Origin: Podarcis filfolensis
Lineage: Eukaryota
DNA length: 64,000 bases
Strand: one strand, 5' to 3'
Assembly (NCBI GenBank): GCA_964270895.1
Contig: OZ185446.1
This document shows, piece by piece, positions 52,380-64,000 of this stretch (positions within the stretch are counted from its first letter, which is position 1; each line of letters opens with the position of its first letter). Below the pieces are notes generated by a model. That model saw only the letters and a program-made list of their open reading frames with translations, was not told the origin of the DNA and made no database searches. A program made the translations under genes and the position numbers.

Positions 52380-52480
52380 GATGGGGAATCTGCTCCTCCA
52401 GATGTTGCTGGACTACAACTCTCATCATCCCTGACCAGTGGCCATGCTGAGTGAGGTTGATGGGAGATGGAGTCCAGAAA
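52380..52480. mobile_element. Degraded palindromic hAT MITE relative
   Basis: cctccagatgttgctggactacaactctcatcatccctgacc...gatgggagatggagtccag. Confidence 0.65.
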
Positions 52481-52611
52481 GTTTAATATTTTATCTACCC
52501 ATCCTTCCTTATAAACAGGTAGTAGCAAAACTTCCTGTTGAAACAAATACTGTGCCACACTAATGGCATGTGAGCACTTTGACCGTCGGAATTTGCATCT
52601 AATGCAGCAGC

Positions 52612-52810
52612 TAATATAAGAAGAGCCTCACTGGAGAATACCAAATGCCTGTCTAGTCCAGCGTCCTGTTTTCCATAATGGCCAACCAGATGCCTATGGG
52701 AAGTCCTCAAACAGGACAGGCAGCAGCAACTTGTATGTAGAGACCTGCAGCCTTCAATACTGGAGATCGTATGTCGCCATTATGGCTATTCGTCATCAAT
52801 AGCATTACTC
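52612..52810 (-). mobile_element. Degraded CR1 3'UTR
   Basis: Reverse-complement similarity to 10380-10555 (tctagtccagc, ggccaaccagatgcc). Confidence 0.6.
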
Positions 52811-52819
52811 ATCACCATC

Positions 52820-53000
52820 CAGTGTATTGTAAATGATAGAGTGTTGGAATCTGAGCTGAGAGACCAGGGTTTGAATCCCCATTCGGCCACAAAGTTCACT
52901 GGCTGACCTTGGGCCAGTGACTTACTTCACAGGGGAATGGGGAATGGAAAACTGTGTATATCACCTTGAGGAAAGGCAGCATATAAAATGTAATAAAATA
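52820..53000 (+). mobile_element. MIR-derived (Squam3-type) SINE
   Basis: tRNA-like head ccagtgtattgtaaatgatagagtgttgg...gggtttgaatcccc and CORE ctgaccttgggccagtgac. Confidence 0.65.
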
Positions 53001-53115
53001 AAATAATAATTAATTTATTTGTCTAATTTCCCCTTTAAAGATATGCACGTGGTCTTGGCCTTCACCACACCTATGTGATCCCATAGTTCAACTATGCACT
53101 GTGTGTGAAGAAATA

Positions 53116-53340
53116 CAGTCGTACCTTGGTAGTCGAACACCTTAGTTGTCAAATCGGCTCTTGAATGTTGCAAACTCAGAAGTGTGTGTTCCGGTTTGCA
53201 AACGTTTTTTGGAAGCCGAATGTCTTCCGCGGCTTCCGATTGCCTGCAGCCAACCGGAAGCCACGCCTTGGTTTTTGAACCATTTAGAGAATCGAATGGA
53301 CTCCTGGAACAGATTAAATTCGAGAACCAAGGTGCGACTG
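53116..53340. mobile_element. Tc1/pogo (Tigger-like) MITE, family B
   Basis: TIRs cagtcgtaccttgg / ccaaggtgcgactg with TA TSD. Confidence 0.85.
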
Positions 53341-55749
53341 TACTTCATTTCATTGATGTTGCCTTTCCCAGCTTTCAACTTTATTGGATAACCCCATGTT
53401 ATGAGAGGAGAGAAGCTTCTCTCTATTTACTTTATAAACCTCTAGCACCCTCTCTCTTACAAGCCTATTTTTAAAAAACTAAAAAGGTCCAGTTGTCACT
53501 TCTGCCAGTCATTTTGTCATCTATAATATGTGTACACATAACAGGTTGTATATATGAGATCTTGAGACTGACTGAGTGAGCGAGTAAGTAAGTGGTTAAA
53601 TTAAGCAATCAGACGTAACGATGAAATCCATTGCTTTGCTGGCTCGGGGCTGTCATGAGTTCATAAGTGTTAGAAGTGAGTCAGAAATGAAAACCAACCC
53701 ATCAGCAGACTTGCCTGTGATGCCTAGGAATTGTTTTGTTTCACCAAAGCTCTGCGGGTAGCATTCTGCCAGTGGAAATGCAGCTGTTCCCAGTTTCAGA
53801 TGCTAGGCTGTGAAAATACTTTCAGGTCTTTGCTATAAACAAGGAGCTGATTTTTATGATATCTAAAATGCACTTGATATATGCACATCCTAGGGTTAGA
53901 CTGTCCTATTTGCCCTACACAACTGGAGATAGACAGATTTCAAAACGGGAACACTGGAAGCTGTTAAAGAGGAAAACGCAAGCAGATGCTCCGAGTCAGG
54001 TATAGCGAAAGCTTTTGAGCTTTGGCTGATTATTGTTTAGAAGATGGCTGGTACCTTCCTTCTGATGTTAAAATATTATTTCAAATTAGCCCAAATCTGT
54101 AAAACATGGAAGGACCCTCAGGTGATTATATTAATGCAAATTGGAGCTGATGCAAATCCCTTCTCCTAAATATCTGTTTTGCTGGAGCATCTTACACACA
54201 GCTGGTTCCAGCTACTCAAAGTGCTTATTTGCACACACAGATGGTGCACCCAAATAAACTGAAGTAGCCAGGAGTAGCCCGGTCATCTATGTCACCTCAC
54301 CCAGTGCTGATAGCAAGGCCCGGATGTGTAGTAAGGTCCTTTATCTGGCTTCTCAGTTGCCATGATGCCCAGCATTGGGCTGCCTGATGATGTGATGAGT
54401 CATTATTACACATTTGCATGATAAGGATTCCAGACTTACCACGTACAAGAAAGGATGAAGAATGGGAAATAACAGGCATTTGCGCCAAGGGTTCATTGGA
54501 AGAAAACAGGTAAATGACCACAACACCCCTTTTGGAAGGGGAGAAAATGCATGGGAGAAATATAGGAGCACTGGAAGTGCATCTCTTTGCTCCACGCCCA
54601 CCCCACCCTCGGAAAAAAGCCACAGGACATTATTTTTAAAATATAGGAAATAAGTGCTACTAACTATTATATCTCAAATTCTGTTATTTTAATATAATTG
54701 GAGCAGGATCCAGTGCCCTTCTAGTCCAAAAGGTCAGCTGCATGATTAGATATTTTCTCCTACTTTCTCCTTCCCAAAGTGTTTTTTTTAAACAATAAAT
54801 TGTGCTCTCTGCCTCTCATCATGCAACAAAGGAGGAAGGTGTTTCTTGTGAGACAATCTCTGGGAAGCTGAAGAGAGGCCAGAGATGGAGGGGTTGGAAG
54901 CGAGAGAGGAGAACAGGATTATTTTACATCTCTTATGACTCAGTCAGATGACTCTTGCTGGCATCAAGGAGAACAAGAGAAGCCGGCTCAATGAAAGAGA
55001 GCAAATTATTTTGTCCTTCCAAGACCACAGGATTCAGACAATGGGAGTAGAACTCAAAGTGAAAAATTGCCAGAAGTTCAGGGACTGCCTGTTGAGATGC
55101 TAGCTCTCCTCTCTCTTAGTTTGGCACTTACACAGAAAATCAGAAGAGCATGAAAAGCACTTGTCAATGCACCATCACCACAGAGGAGCCCTGCAGACTA
55201 GACTTCAGGGTGCTTCACCAAATCTGGGGAAGGGGCAGATTTTTCTCAACGCTGCCAGGGCCAACCCAAGACATGCATGAGGCAAAGGACAAGATGACAC
55301 ACACATGCCCCTTTAGCCTGACTCCACTGGCAATTGAATATTACTTCAACACTGGGAAACAGGATAATGCCCTCCCACCACACCTGAGGGGAGAAAGCAG
55401 GCGGCTCAGGGTACGCCATAGGGCACTGCTCTCCCCATCATCCTAGCAGCTGCCACCTAAGATGGCTGCTTCACCCTGCCTAATGGTAGGGCCGGTATTT
55501 CTTTCTTGCTCTTGTTGACTTGTTCCATTTACCTTTGATTTCAGAGTGTGTGCTATGCAAAAAATAGAAAAGGAAAAGAGGCCAAATCTTTTACTGATTC
55601 TTCAGGATTCTTTACGTGAAGGTTAAAAAGAATCAGGAGTGTTTTGTGGAACCTTAAAAGCTAACAACATTTATTATGGCATAAGGCAAGCTGTCATGAA
55701 TAACATTTCATGCATCTGGTGAAGTAGACTCTGAAAACATATACCAAGG

Positions 55750-55885
55750 GTAGGAAACCTGTGGCCCTCCAGATGTTGTTGGCCTCAAACCCTAGTCCAC
55801 CCTAGCAAGCATGGCCAATGATCAGGGATGATGGGAGTTGTAGTCCAACAGCGTTTGGAGGGTCACAGGGTCACCAACACTGACT
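55750..55885. mobile_element. Degraded palindromic hAT MITE relative
   Basis: gtggccctccagatgttgttgg...gggatgatgggagttgtagtccaacagcgtttggagggtcac. Confidence 0.65.
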
Positions 55886-57247
55886 TATACCATAATAAAT
55901 TTGCTGGTTTTTTAAGGTGCCACAAAACTCTCCCTTTGTTTTGCTGCAACAGACTAGCCTGGCTGCTTCTCTGGAAATTAAATTAAAGCGTTATGCAACA
56001 AAACTTATCTTGCTCCTGCACCTTGTCTTTGATATCATGGGGCTTCTCTTCGTATATTAGGTATTTTAGCTGCATTAAGTGAATACCTAAAATGTGGAAT
56101 ATGAATGTAACATAGGCATGGTTCGCATATAATGGTAAGCCGAAGTATGACTTACTAGGACCACGCAAACATTCCGGCTCCCCGATAGGAGCTCACACTC
56201 GCTTTGTTCTCCTTGTTCTTTTAGCTCATTATGGCACAACAGCAAAGCCAAGGTTTGACTTAGCATGTCGTCCCAAATTGGGCTTAATATTTAAGCTCTC
56301 TCCTCCTTAGCTATAATCCGTAGCCAAGAACAAACCTCCCTGCGTTCTCCCCAGGAGCCAGCAGGTTCGCACATTCATGCTAAGCCACAATTTGGAGCAG
56401 TGCTGCGTGTGAATGTGGCCAAAAACATGGTGTGTCTTCCATACGGGCATAATTTGTCTCGGGATTGGTTAAAGCACTCTGCTCGAGCATACACGTAGTA
56501 GCAAAGAACAAAAAAATGGTTTGCTGCTACGTAATGTGTGTGGTGACCCTCCATAACTCTTCTACCTTATTCTAGCAGGAAGGGATGATTCCAAAGCTTT
56601 ACTATTTGGCAACCCAAGTCAACTACCTACAATTGCAACACTTTTTGCTGTTGCTGCTTTAGCTCATCCTTTTCCAGCTGTACTTCGCCATTGTTCAATC
56701 TGGACTCCTGCCAGGTGCTTTCTGTTTCTCTGCTTTCGTAGAACTATAGCAGTTTGCCCCCACACGCATTCCCGCTAGCTTTGAATAAGAGTTTACCAGC
56801 CCATCATGCCCAGGAGTATTCTCAGCAGAGCTCCCTAACCCTGAAATTCTTCCTCTTGTTTGGAATGAAAATTGAGATTATTACAAGTTTAGGTGCCAAT
56901 ATTGTGCCTGTGTGGTCTGAATTAATCAGCCTAGGTGCTCAAAGCCTGCAGTTCCTGTTGGCGGGTGTTCAGAAGTTGATTACTTTAACCTCTTAACTCC
57001 TGATGAAACTGTGGTTGATTGATGAAATGGACTTTTTATTCTTAGTAAACATGGAGCAGCAGCCGATCTTGTAAACATGGAGCAGCAGCCGATCTTGGGG
57101 TGGGGCATCATCACACGCAACATACCAGGAAGAATAGGGAGCATTTGATGGTGTGTGTCCCGTCCCTCCCATCCACACTCCAGAGTTCTCAAGCAGCAAT
57201 GTGAGAAAGTGTTTCACATTCCAGAAAGGAAGTGTTCGTGTGCTAAA

Positions 57248-57496
57248 GAGCCAGTGTGGTGTAGTGGTTAAGAGCGGTAGTCTCATAATCTGGGGAACCG
57301 GGTTCGCATCTCCGCTCCTCCACATGCAGCTGCTGGGTGACCTTGGGCTAGTCACACTTCTCTGAAGTCTCTCAGCCCCACTCACCTCACAGAGTGTTTG
57401 TTGTGGGGGAGGAAGGGAAAGGAGAATGTTAGCCGCTTTGAGACTACTTCGGGTAGTGATAAAGCGGGATATCAAACTCTTCTTCTTCTTCTTCTT
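57248..57496 (+). mobile_element. Young MIR-derived (Squam3-type) SINE with (TTC)n tail
   Basis: Head ccagtgtggtgtagtggttaagagcggtag, CORE gggtgaccttgggctagtcac, and tail aaagcgggatatcaaactcttcttctt. Confidence 0.8.
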
Positions 57497-58449
57497 TGTA
57501 CAAACAAATAAATTATTTTTTGGAAAAAGCCAGTCTTTTGAATGGACATTCTCTGATGGTACTCATCATTGCTGAGCCGCTTCTGAGCTGAGCTGAGAAC
57601 TTTCCCATCACTGTGGCTTCAGAACAGGTGGAAGTCAAAGACCCCTTTCAAACTTGAAAAGTAGAGGAGGGCAGCAGTACTACTGTGCCAAGTTGCTCAG
57701 ATATTATTCAGTCAATATTTTTTCACTGCAATTCTGGATTGCCCCGGACCCCCTTCCCCTCATTGCAGTTCCATGTACATTTACCTGGGAGTCAGCTCCA
57801 CTGGACAGGCGACTTAGCTCCTCAGTGGAGATGCACAGAATCGCTCTGTCGCCAAAACTCTTCCTTTCTCCGGTTTATGATCCGGCAAGCCTGCCAAGAT
57901 TGTAGCAGGAGTGCACTCATTTATCTATTTTTGTCTATTTTAGTTTCCAATTCTATCTCAGCCTAGCTAATTTTCTCCAAGCTTATTGCTTGACATGCTT
58001 TTTAGCGTCGTCTTTTACAGATTTCACAAAGGCTGCAATTATGAATCTTAATTTAATTCTGCTTGGGATTTGCCAGATGCTTTTCCTGCACGAGGCTCCC
58101 ATTCCTTAAGAACGCACAAACAAGGAGAGGTTCCAAGAGATACTCTTCCTTCTGGCGTTAGTTTTGAAGTGGTGGGTGGAAGCACCTGTAAAAGGTCTTT
58201 GTGGGGCACAGCTGTGCAAAATGTACCCACGTAACTTAGAAATGGGCATCCCGTGTTTTCTACTGCTTAGCAGTTTGAACAGGTGATAATATTCCACAGA
58301 CAAATGGGCACTTGAAAGAGTTACATAATATGTTTGACTTTGAAAGTGTCCATCATTAAAGAGCCTTTTCCAACCCATGCCCCTCCAGATGTTTTTGGAC
58401 TCCAACTCCCATGACTGAGTCATTGGTTGGGTAAGGCTTTTTTAAAATA

Positions 58450-58675
58450 CAGTGGTACCTCAGGTTAAGTATTTAATTTGTTCCGGAGGTCCATTCTTAA
58501 CCTGAAACTGTTCTTAACCTGAAGCACCACTTTAGCTAATGGGGCCTCCCGCTGCCGCCGCACTGCCGGAGCACGATTTCTGTTCTCATCCTGAAGCAAA
58601 GTTCTTAACCCGAGGTACTATTTCTGGGTTAGTGGAGTCTGTAACCTGAAGTGTATGTAACCCGAGGTACCACTG
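58450..58675. mobile_element. Tc1/pogo (Tigger-like) MITE, family A
   Basis: Same TIRs as 8865, with TA TSD. Confidence 0.92.
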
Positions 58676-58769
58676 TATAATGGAACATGATTCTGGGGAA
58701 TGTTAATATTTATAGAAGTGCTGTACAACAACCAAGAACTCTCTCCTCATAGCAGTGGAGGAAGCTGCT

Positions 58770-59036
58770 TAGGTGTCTGGGGCAGCGCACCCAGGGGTGG
58801 GGCGAGGGCGGGTGAGCCTCCCATAGGGGCGGGGCACATTGCGGGGCCTCCAGAGTCTGCCTGCCTCCTCGCACTCAGCCGCCCTACAGCTGGGGGGCAG
58901 GCAGTGGGCAGACCGTTTGGGCAGCACAGAGCCTGCGCGCACCCAAGCCACCGCGTCTCTCCCAGGAGAGACACGTGGCTCAAGCGGGCTGCACGCCCCG
59001 CAGTGAGTGCTGCCCAGCATTTTGTCACCCCCCTCA
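58770..59036. mobile_element. GC/CpG-rich non-autonomous element fragment, probably hAT-derived
   Basis: Abrupt GC-rich island ending gcattttgtcacccccctca. Ends and TSD are not convincing. Confidence 0.4.
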
Positions 59037-60944
59037 GTTTCCTCCGCCCCTTTCTCCTGAGCAGCTTTGCAATACTTTTTGCTCAACAGGTGCCAATGTA
59101 CCTTTGAGTAGGCCTGTGCGAGTGGTTTGATGCATGGATACCAAAGAAGGATGTAAAAAATGCCGGAATGGCCAGTTCCTAATTCTTTGCTAAAGAAAGG
59201 GGCAAATGTACAACGCAGCCTATAAAAACCCCACTGCTGTTACAGACGCAGGTCAGACACTGCAGCAATGAGAGGTCGTCTTCGCCAGGAAAGCATTCAT
59301 TCATTATGTATACAAAAGACAGCATATGTCAGTTTGGCAAGAACCTCCTGTCAGTCCACCTGCCGATGAAGGCACAGGGGGCAGGTATCCAAGTCTCCCG
59401 GCTAACTCCCCTGCCTAGGCCAAGAACCAAGTTTCCCAAACCTACAGATAAGCACAACATTAAAGCAAGCCAATTAGCATACATCAAAGCAAGTGTGAAT
59501 AAACTTATTGAGCTCATCCTTGCAGCAACTACCAATTAGTCTTGAGGTTACCTTAAGTACCAAGATGGCGTTTGCAGGCCTTCCAGGTTCAACATACCAG
59601 TCAACCCAGTTCTTGTCGATTTCCTTGACATTTGGGGCAAAACTTCCATTTCACAGCAAATCTACACATTTCATCCTGCAAGTTTGATTTACTCAACTGT
59701 AGTAGAGTTGCCAACATTTTTATCGACACCTGTTTCTGTGTCTCTCTTACTGCAGTGTGACCTGATTAGTGGACAGTAATGCTTATTAGTTGTCTCCATG
59801 CAATGGGCATTTTCACCAGTAGATTTTCTGTATAGCAAGCTGCTGTTAAGTGCATAGGGGAAGGACAGAGCGTTTCTTAACTGGTCATGTGGCAAGCAAC
59901 CCTAAAAGTAAGGTGGCATTTGCCAAAGTTCTTGACTTACTAAGCCATATTAGCATCATTTTCATGTCATAGTAAACCATACTATGGATTACTGGGAGTG
60001 CACAGCACAGCAGCAAAGCCAAGATTTAGCTTAATGTGCCATTCCAGCTGGGAACTGCAGTTAAGGCCAGTCCTCCTTAACCATGACCTGTAACCATAAG
60101 ACAAATCATAAGACAGATCACGGTGAAAGAAGAAGCGATCTCAACCACGATCCTGGTTTCTGACAACACGCTAAATTTAGCTGCTGTGCTGCACTGTGCT
60201 AAAAGGCCAGGAAAGAGCAAAGTGAGTGTGAGCTTATCTCTGGGCATCAACCCGTTTGTGAGGACCCAGTAAGCCATAGCTCCTGCTTTGTGCTTCCCCT
60301 GGCAAGAACAGATACTGTGAATAAACCAGGAAAGGGATAGGTTTTCTTTATATCTAAACAATGGCTCATGCTTTATTTTACCCAGCAAACCACAATTGCT
60401 AGCTAGCCTTAAACCATGTTTTGCTGTTGGCTTGCTGAACATGGTTTGTTAAGGTGAAACAAGCAATGATCCTGAGTTCAGTTGTAATGCTAATTTATCC
60501 CCTTCCTAGTTTTTCTGGCTTCTTCTGCCAGAGAGGAGCAAAGTGGGAGCAATTCAGAATGCTGGTGATGACTTAAAGCCACCAGGGATATGGGACTCCA
60601 GGTGTTGTTGGACTCCAATTCCCATGAGCCCCAGCTAGCACAGCCAGTGGGTAGGGATGATGAGAGCTGTAGTCTAGCGACATTTTGAGGGTCAATGTTT
60701 TCTCAGCCCTGCCTTAAGAACTGTCTGAACCCATTTCAGAGACCCTGTTAAAATGTCTACCTTTAAAAGCCATTCGATCAGTGGGCCTTTTCAGTGGTGG
60801 CCCCACAATTATGCAATCCAATTCCAAGTAAAGCCAGGTGAGCCTTTTTCCTTTGCCAGCTTTAAATGGGCCTTTAAAGACCCATATTTTCATCGTCACC
60901 TTTGTGGGGCTAATCCAGGTTACCAGATACTGTTCTTTAGAGCT

Positions 60945-61295
60945 AAAGGTAAAGGGACCCCTGACCATTAGGTCTAGTCGTGACTGACTCTGGGGTTGTG
61001 GCGCTCATCTCACTTTATTGGCCGAGGGAGCCAGTGTACAGCTTCCAAGTCATGTGACCAGCATGACTAAGCCGCTTCTGGCAAACCAGAGTAGTGCACA
61101 GAAACACTGTTTACCTTCCCACCAGAGCAGTACCTATTTATCTACTTGCACTTTGACGTGCTTTCGAACTGCTAGGTTGGCAGGAGCAGGGACCAAACAA
61201 CGGGAGCTCACCCCGTCGCGGGGATTCGAACCGCCGACCTTCTGATTGGCAAGTCCTAGGCTCTGTGGTTTAACCCACAGCGCCACCTGTGTCCC
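60945..61295 (-). mobile_element. Sauria SINE
   Basis: Canonical full-length sequence. Confidence 0.92.
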
Positions 61296-61361
61296 GTTCT
61301 AGATGAGTTGTTTTGCTGGCATGTTATCTTGTATGTTCCTGGGATGATGGACTTAGCTATT

Positions 61362-61362
<1 letters not shown>

Positions 61363-61414
<52 letters not shown>
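61363..61414. repeat. (TAA)n microsatellite
   Basis: About 17 perfect units. Confidence 0.95.
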
Positions 61415-61559
61415 TTAATTGATTGATTAATTATATTACTGGTTTTACTGTTGGATTTCATGCATGGTTGTAAACAGCTTTGAGAGCTGATTTTGCCTTT
61501 TTTCCTTAAAAAAAAAAAAGGTCCAAAAGCCTTTTAATCAAATAATTAAATAAACGTGG

Positions 61560-62098
61560 CTGAGAAACCTGAGCTACTTATTTGCATACAGATATTGTCC
61601 GGAAAGAGCTTTGACTCAGAACTCAGGATTTCTGTAGGCTAGAATTACTGTCCTCCCAGGGCTCACTATCAGTAACGCTGCCTGGTGGAAGAGCAGCTTC
61701 ATGGCACTGGATGGAAAAGAACTAGGTTAGAATCTCACCCTCGGGCAAACCCATCACCTGTTGGGGGCCTCACTGAGAGAGAGGAGAGAGAGAGAGAAAG
61801 AGAAGCTCAGGGGGCTATTTCGGCAACAGCCGCTGAAGCCGACAGCCGCTTTTGAAAGTACTGCCCACTAGTCTGCTGAAAACTTTCTGACTGTTTCACG
61901 CAGTCTCTCCCTGCCCTCCTGGAATGTAGTTCGCTTTTGAAAGGAACTTTGTACTGTCAAGGAGGAGGATAGATTTTCCTCACTGGGGGTGGGGGGAGGC
62001 TGCTGGGGTTTCCCCCCCCTCTTGGTAGTTTTCTAAGCTGCATGTTTTTTTGGCTTTTGAATCAAAAGCTTGTGCAGTTTTGAAAGTAGGCAGGGACA
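61560..62098 (+). promoter_or_regulatory. KIAA1217: Proximal promoter and 5'UTR of the canonical KIAA1217 first exon
   Basis: Directly upstream of the ATG exon, with an in-frame TAG at 62087. It contains octamer ATTTGCAT (61580), AP-1 TGACTCA (61612), a GA-rich tract (about 61774-61803) and a modest CpG increase. TSS not determinable. Confidence 0.55.
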
Positions 62099-62168
62099 AT
62101 GGAGGAAGCTGAGAGCCAGAAACCTGAGCCGCTCCTGGCTTGTCCGAGAGACAGCAGACAGATGAAGG
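62099..62168 (+). CDS. KIAA1217: First coding exon of sickle tail protein homolog (MEEAESQKPEPLLACPRDSRQMK + phase 1)
   Basis: Aligns without gaps to the recalled human N-terminus MEENESQKCEPCLPYSADRRQMQE (same 70-nt coding length). Strong Kozak acaATGg and consensus donor AGG|gtgagt (GT at 62169). Too short for the ORF track. Confidence 0.9.
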
Positions 62169-64000
62169 GTGAGTAACAGAATCATGCGTAGATGGAGTTG
62201 CAGTCAGCCTGTCCCTCATTGCTGCTTTTTATATCTTCATGACAGATTATATGGAGCAGATACTTTATATATTATGCTGCGGCTGACTGTTTTTTGTCTG
62301 TTTCTTACATCTGACTTTCTCTTGGGAAATACTTTTCTAGCAGAAAGAAAGCGAAGAGCATAAGGGTTCAGAGGTTGGGTTTTTTTTTTGGTTTTGGTTT
62401 TGATGCAAACATTTTACGAAACACAAAGCAATCTATGAAAAGGGAGGGTGTTGTCCCCCACAGTCAAGGGAGGCCAGCCTTCTAATATTATGTTCTCCAA
62501 CAATGCATGAAGAGTAAGCTTCCTCCTCATTTAGTTCAAGTGAGGATTTCATTTTTGAGCTCAAGTTTTGAAACTCAGCAAACCGCTCAGAGTTTAGTGC
62601 TATTCCATGGGAAACACACGAGTGTGTCTTGGAATGCAGCCAGAAATTATGGACACAGCTTTCATGTCAGGGCAGATTTGGTGCTCTGCATACCAGTTTC
62701 ACTCTGTTTTGTCTTGGATATGGTGCAAACCACATGCTTTATAAGAACAAACATTTTGGATTGGGCAGCAAGATATTCCTAATTTGAATCTGAAGTGTTT
62801 GTAGAAAGTGTGTGTGTGTGTTTGTGTGTGTTTGTGACTTGTTATTATCAGAGCTAAGCCCTGATGACTTGACAGGGAAGACAGATCAGAAATGGTTTGT
62901 TTATTCATTCATTTATATTACAGCTTTTGTGTAGCATTTTCTGTCACTGGTAGCCTAAAAGTGATGGAGTATCAATACAAATAATAAAATGCAATTAGTA
63001 AGGCAAATTTGGGCTAGGCTCCTGAAGGAGTAGCAAAACTGAGCAAACTCTGGCACGTTGGTCTTCTGCAGTGGTGGGTCAGGAGCTAACTCCCAGGTCA
63101 CAGCCAGATCTGTGGTGGGTTGCAACAGCCACTCTGCCACCATGGAAATATATGGCTAAAACAAATAAGAAATGGTCCCCCAAAATTCATGTTTGGGTTA
63201 AAGGTGCGTCCTGGGTCAAAAAAAAAAAGGGGGGGTGTTGGAGGCTGCTCTAATAGTTGACCAGAGCTGTGTTCAAGACTAACCCAGGTGCCTTTACAAT
63301 GGGTGACATTGAACTATGCTCTGGCTGTGTGATGTGATATATAAATATAATAAATTAACTTTCTCTGGCCTATTGGTCCTTGTTGTGACTTGCCTCCTTG
63401 CAATTTCCTGCTTTGGGCAAAGCTGGGTGACAGTGACACACACTGGTGATTGCCAATTCTGCAGACCCACTGTGAGTGCGAAATATGCCCCTTATATACC
63501 TGGCCCTTCTCCCTCGTGTTTCCAGTAGAGGTAGTACGTCAGATCATTTATAATGCCTGAAGTCAGCCTAACATATTTGATTTGGACTATATGCCAGCAA
63601 TTGGGAACCTCTGGTCTGTGGGCCTCATTGGGTGCCGTTTGGCCCGGGAGGCTGTTTTGAGCAAGCAACACCCACCTGCCCCACGCCTTAGCATCATACA
63701 TGACATCAAGCATGCGGCAGGTGAAGGCGTGGCTCCTTACCAAAAACAGGTTGCCGGCACTTGCAAAAAGGCACAGCGCTTTGGAAGTGCTGCTGGTCAT
63801 CGTTGCCTGCATAGTTTGGTTCCTTTTGCCACAGTGCTTTGAGTTCATCCAAATGCTCAATGCTGCTGGGTTACCCAGTAGACAGACTAAGTATGTGCTT
63901 AGGGCAGGGACACAAATAAAAGAGAGAATATTTCTCAATTTTATGGAACTCCTTTCCAGTTGAGCTCAGACAGGTCCCCCCCCCACTGAATTTTCTCTGC

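Noticed and set aside
59215-59370. TATA-like cctataaaaa followed by an ATG
   Set aside because: The ORF ends after 33 codons with no donor, so there is no support for a third first exon.
1-64000. Most ORFs in the six-frame track as protein-coding genes, and any prokaryote-type system such as CRISPR or operons
   Set aside because: The ORFs are short, low-complexity or lie in or antisense to SINEs, LINEs and MITEs. For example, the recurring MAEGAGVQL peptides are Sauria SINE readings, and 42226-42507 is antisense CR1. No spacer-repeat array is present.

Overview
This is vertebrate genomic DNA from a squamate reptile, probably a lacertid lizard. The evidence is multiple Sauria SINEs, Bov-B LINE 3' ends, MIR-derived (Squam3-type) SINEs, L1/L2/CR1 fragments and many hAT and Tc1/pogo MITEs. 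The window is mostly intron or upstream sequence in the 5' part of KIAA1217 (sickle tail/SKT, mouse Etl4) on the + strand. The short first coding exon at 62099-62168 (MEEAESQKPEPLLACPRDSRQMK, phase-1 donor) matches the human KIAA1217 N-terminus as I recall it (MEENESQKCEPCLPYSADRRQMQE). A second ATG-initiated exon 57 kb upstream (5148-5367) also ends in a phase-1 donor and is most likely an alternative first exon giving a different N-terminus. Nearly all other ORFs in the supplied track are spurious or transposon-derived. There is no CRISPR array, rRNA or bona fide tRNA, and I found no convincing new multi-gene system. The best leads are the alternative N-terminus, a structured LTR-like element at about 21.9-22.6 kb, and a few candidate enhancers. 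Family names come from memory of consensus sequences, not from database searches.
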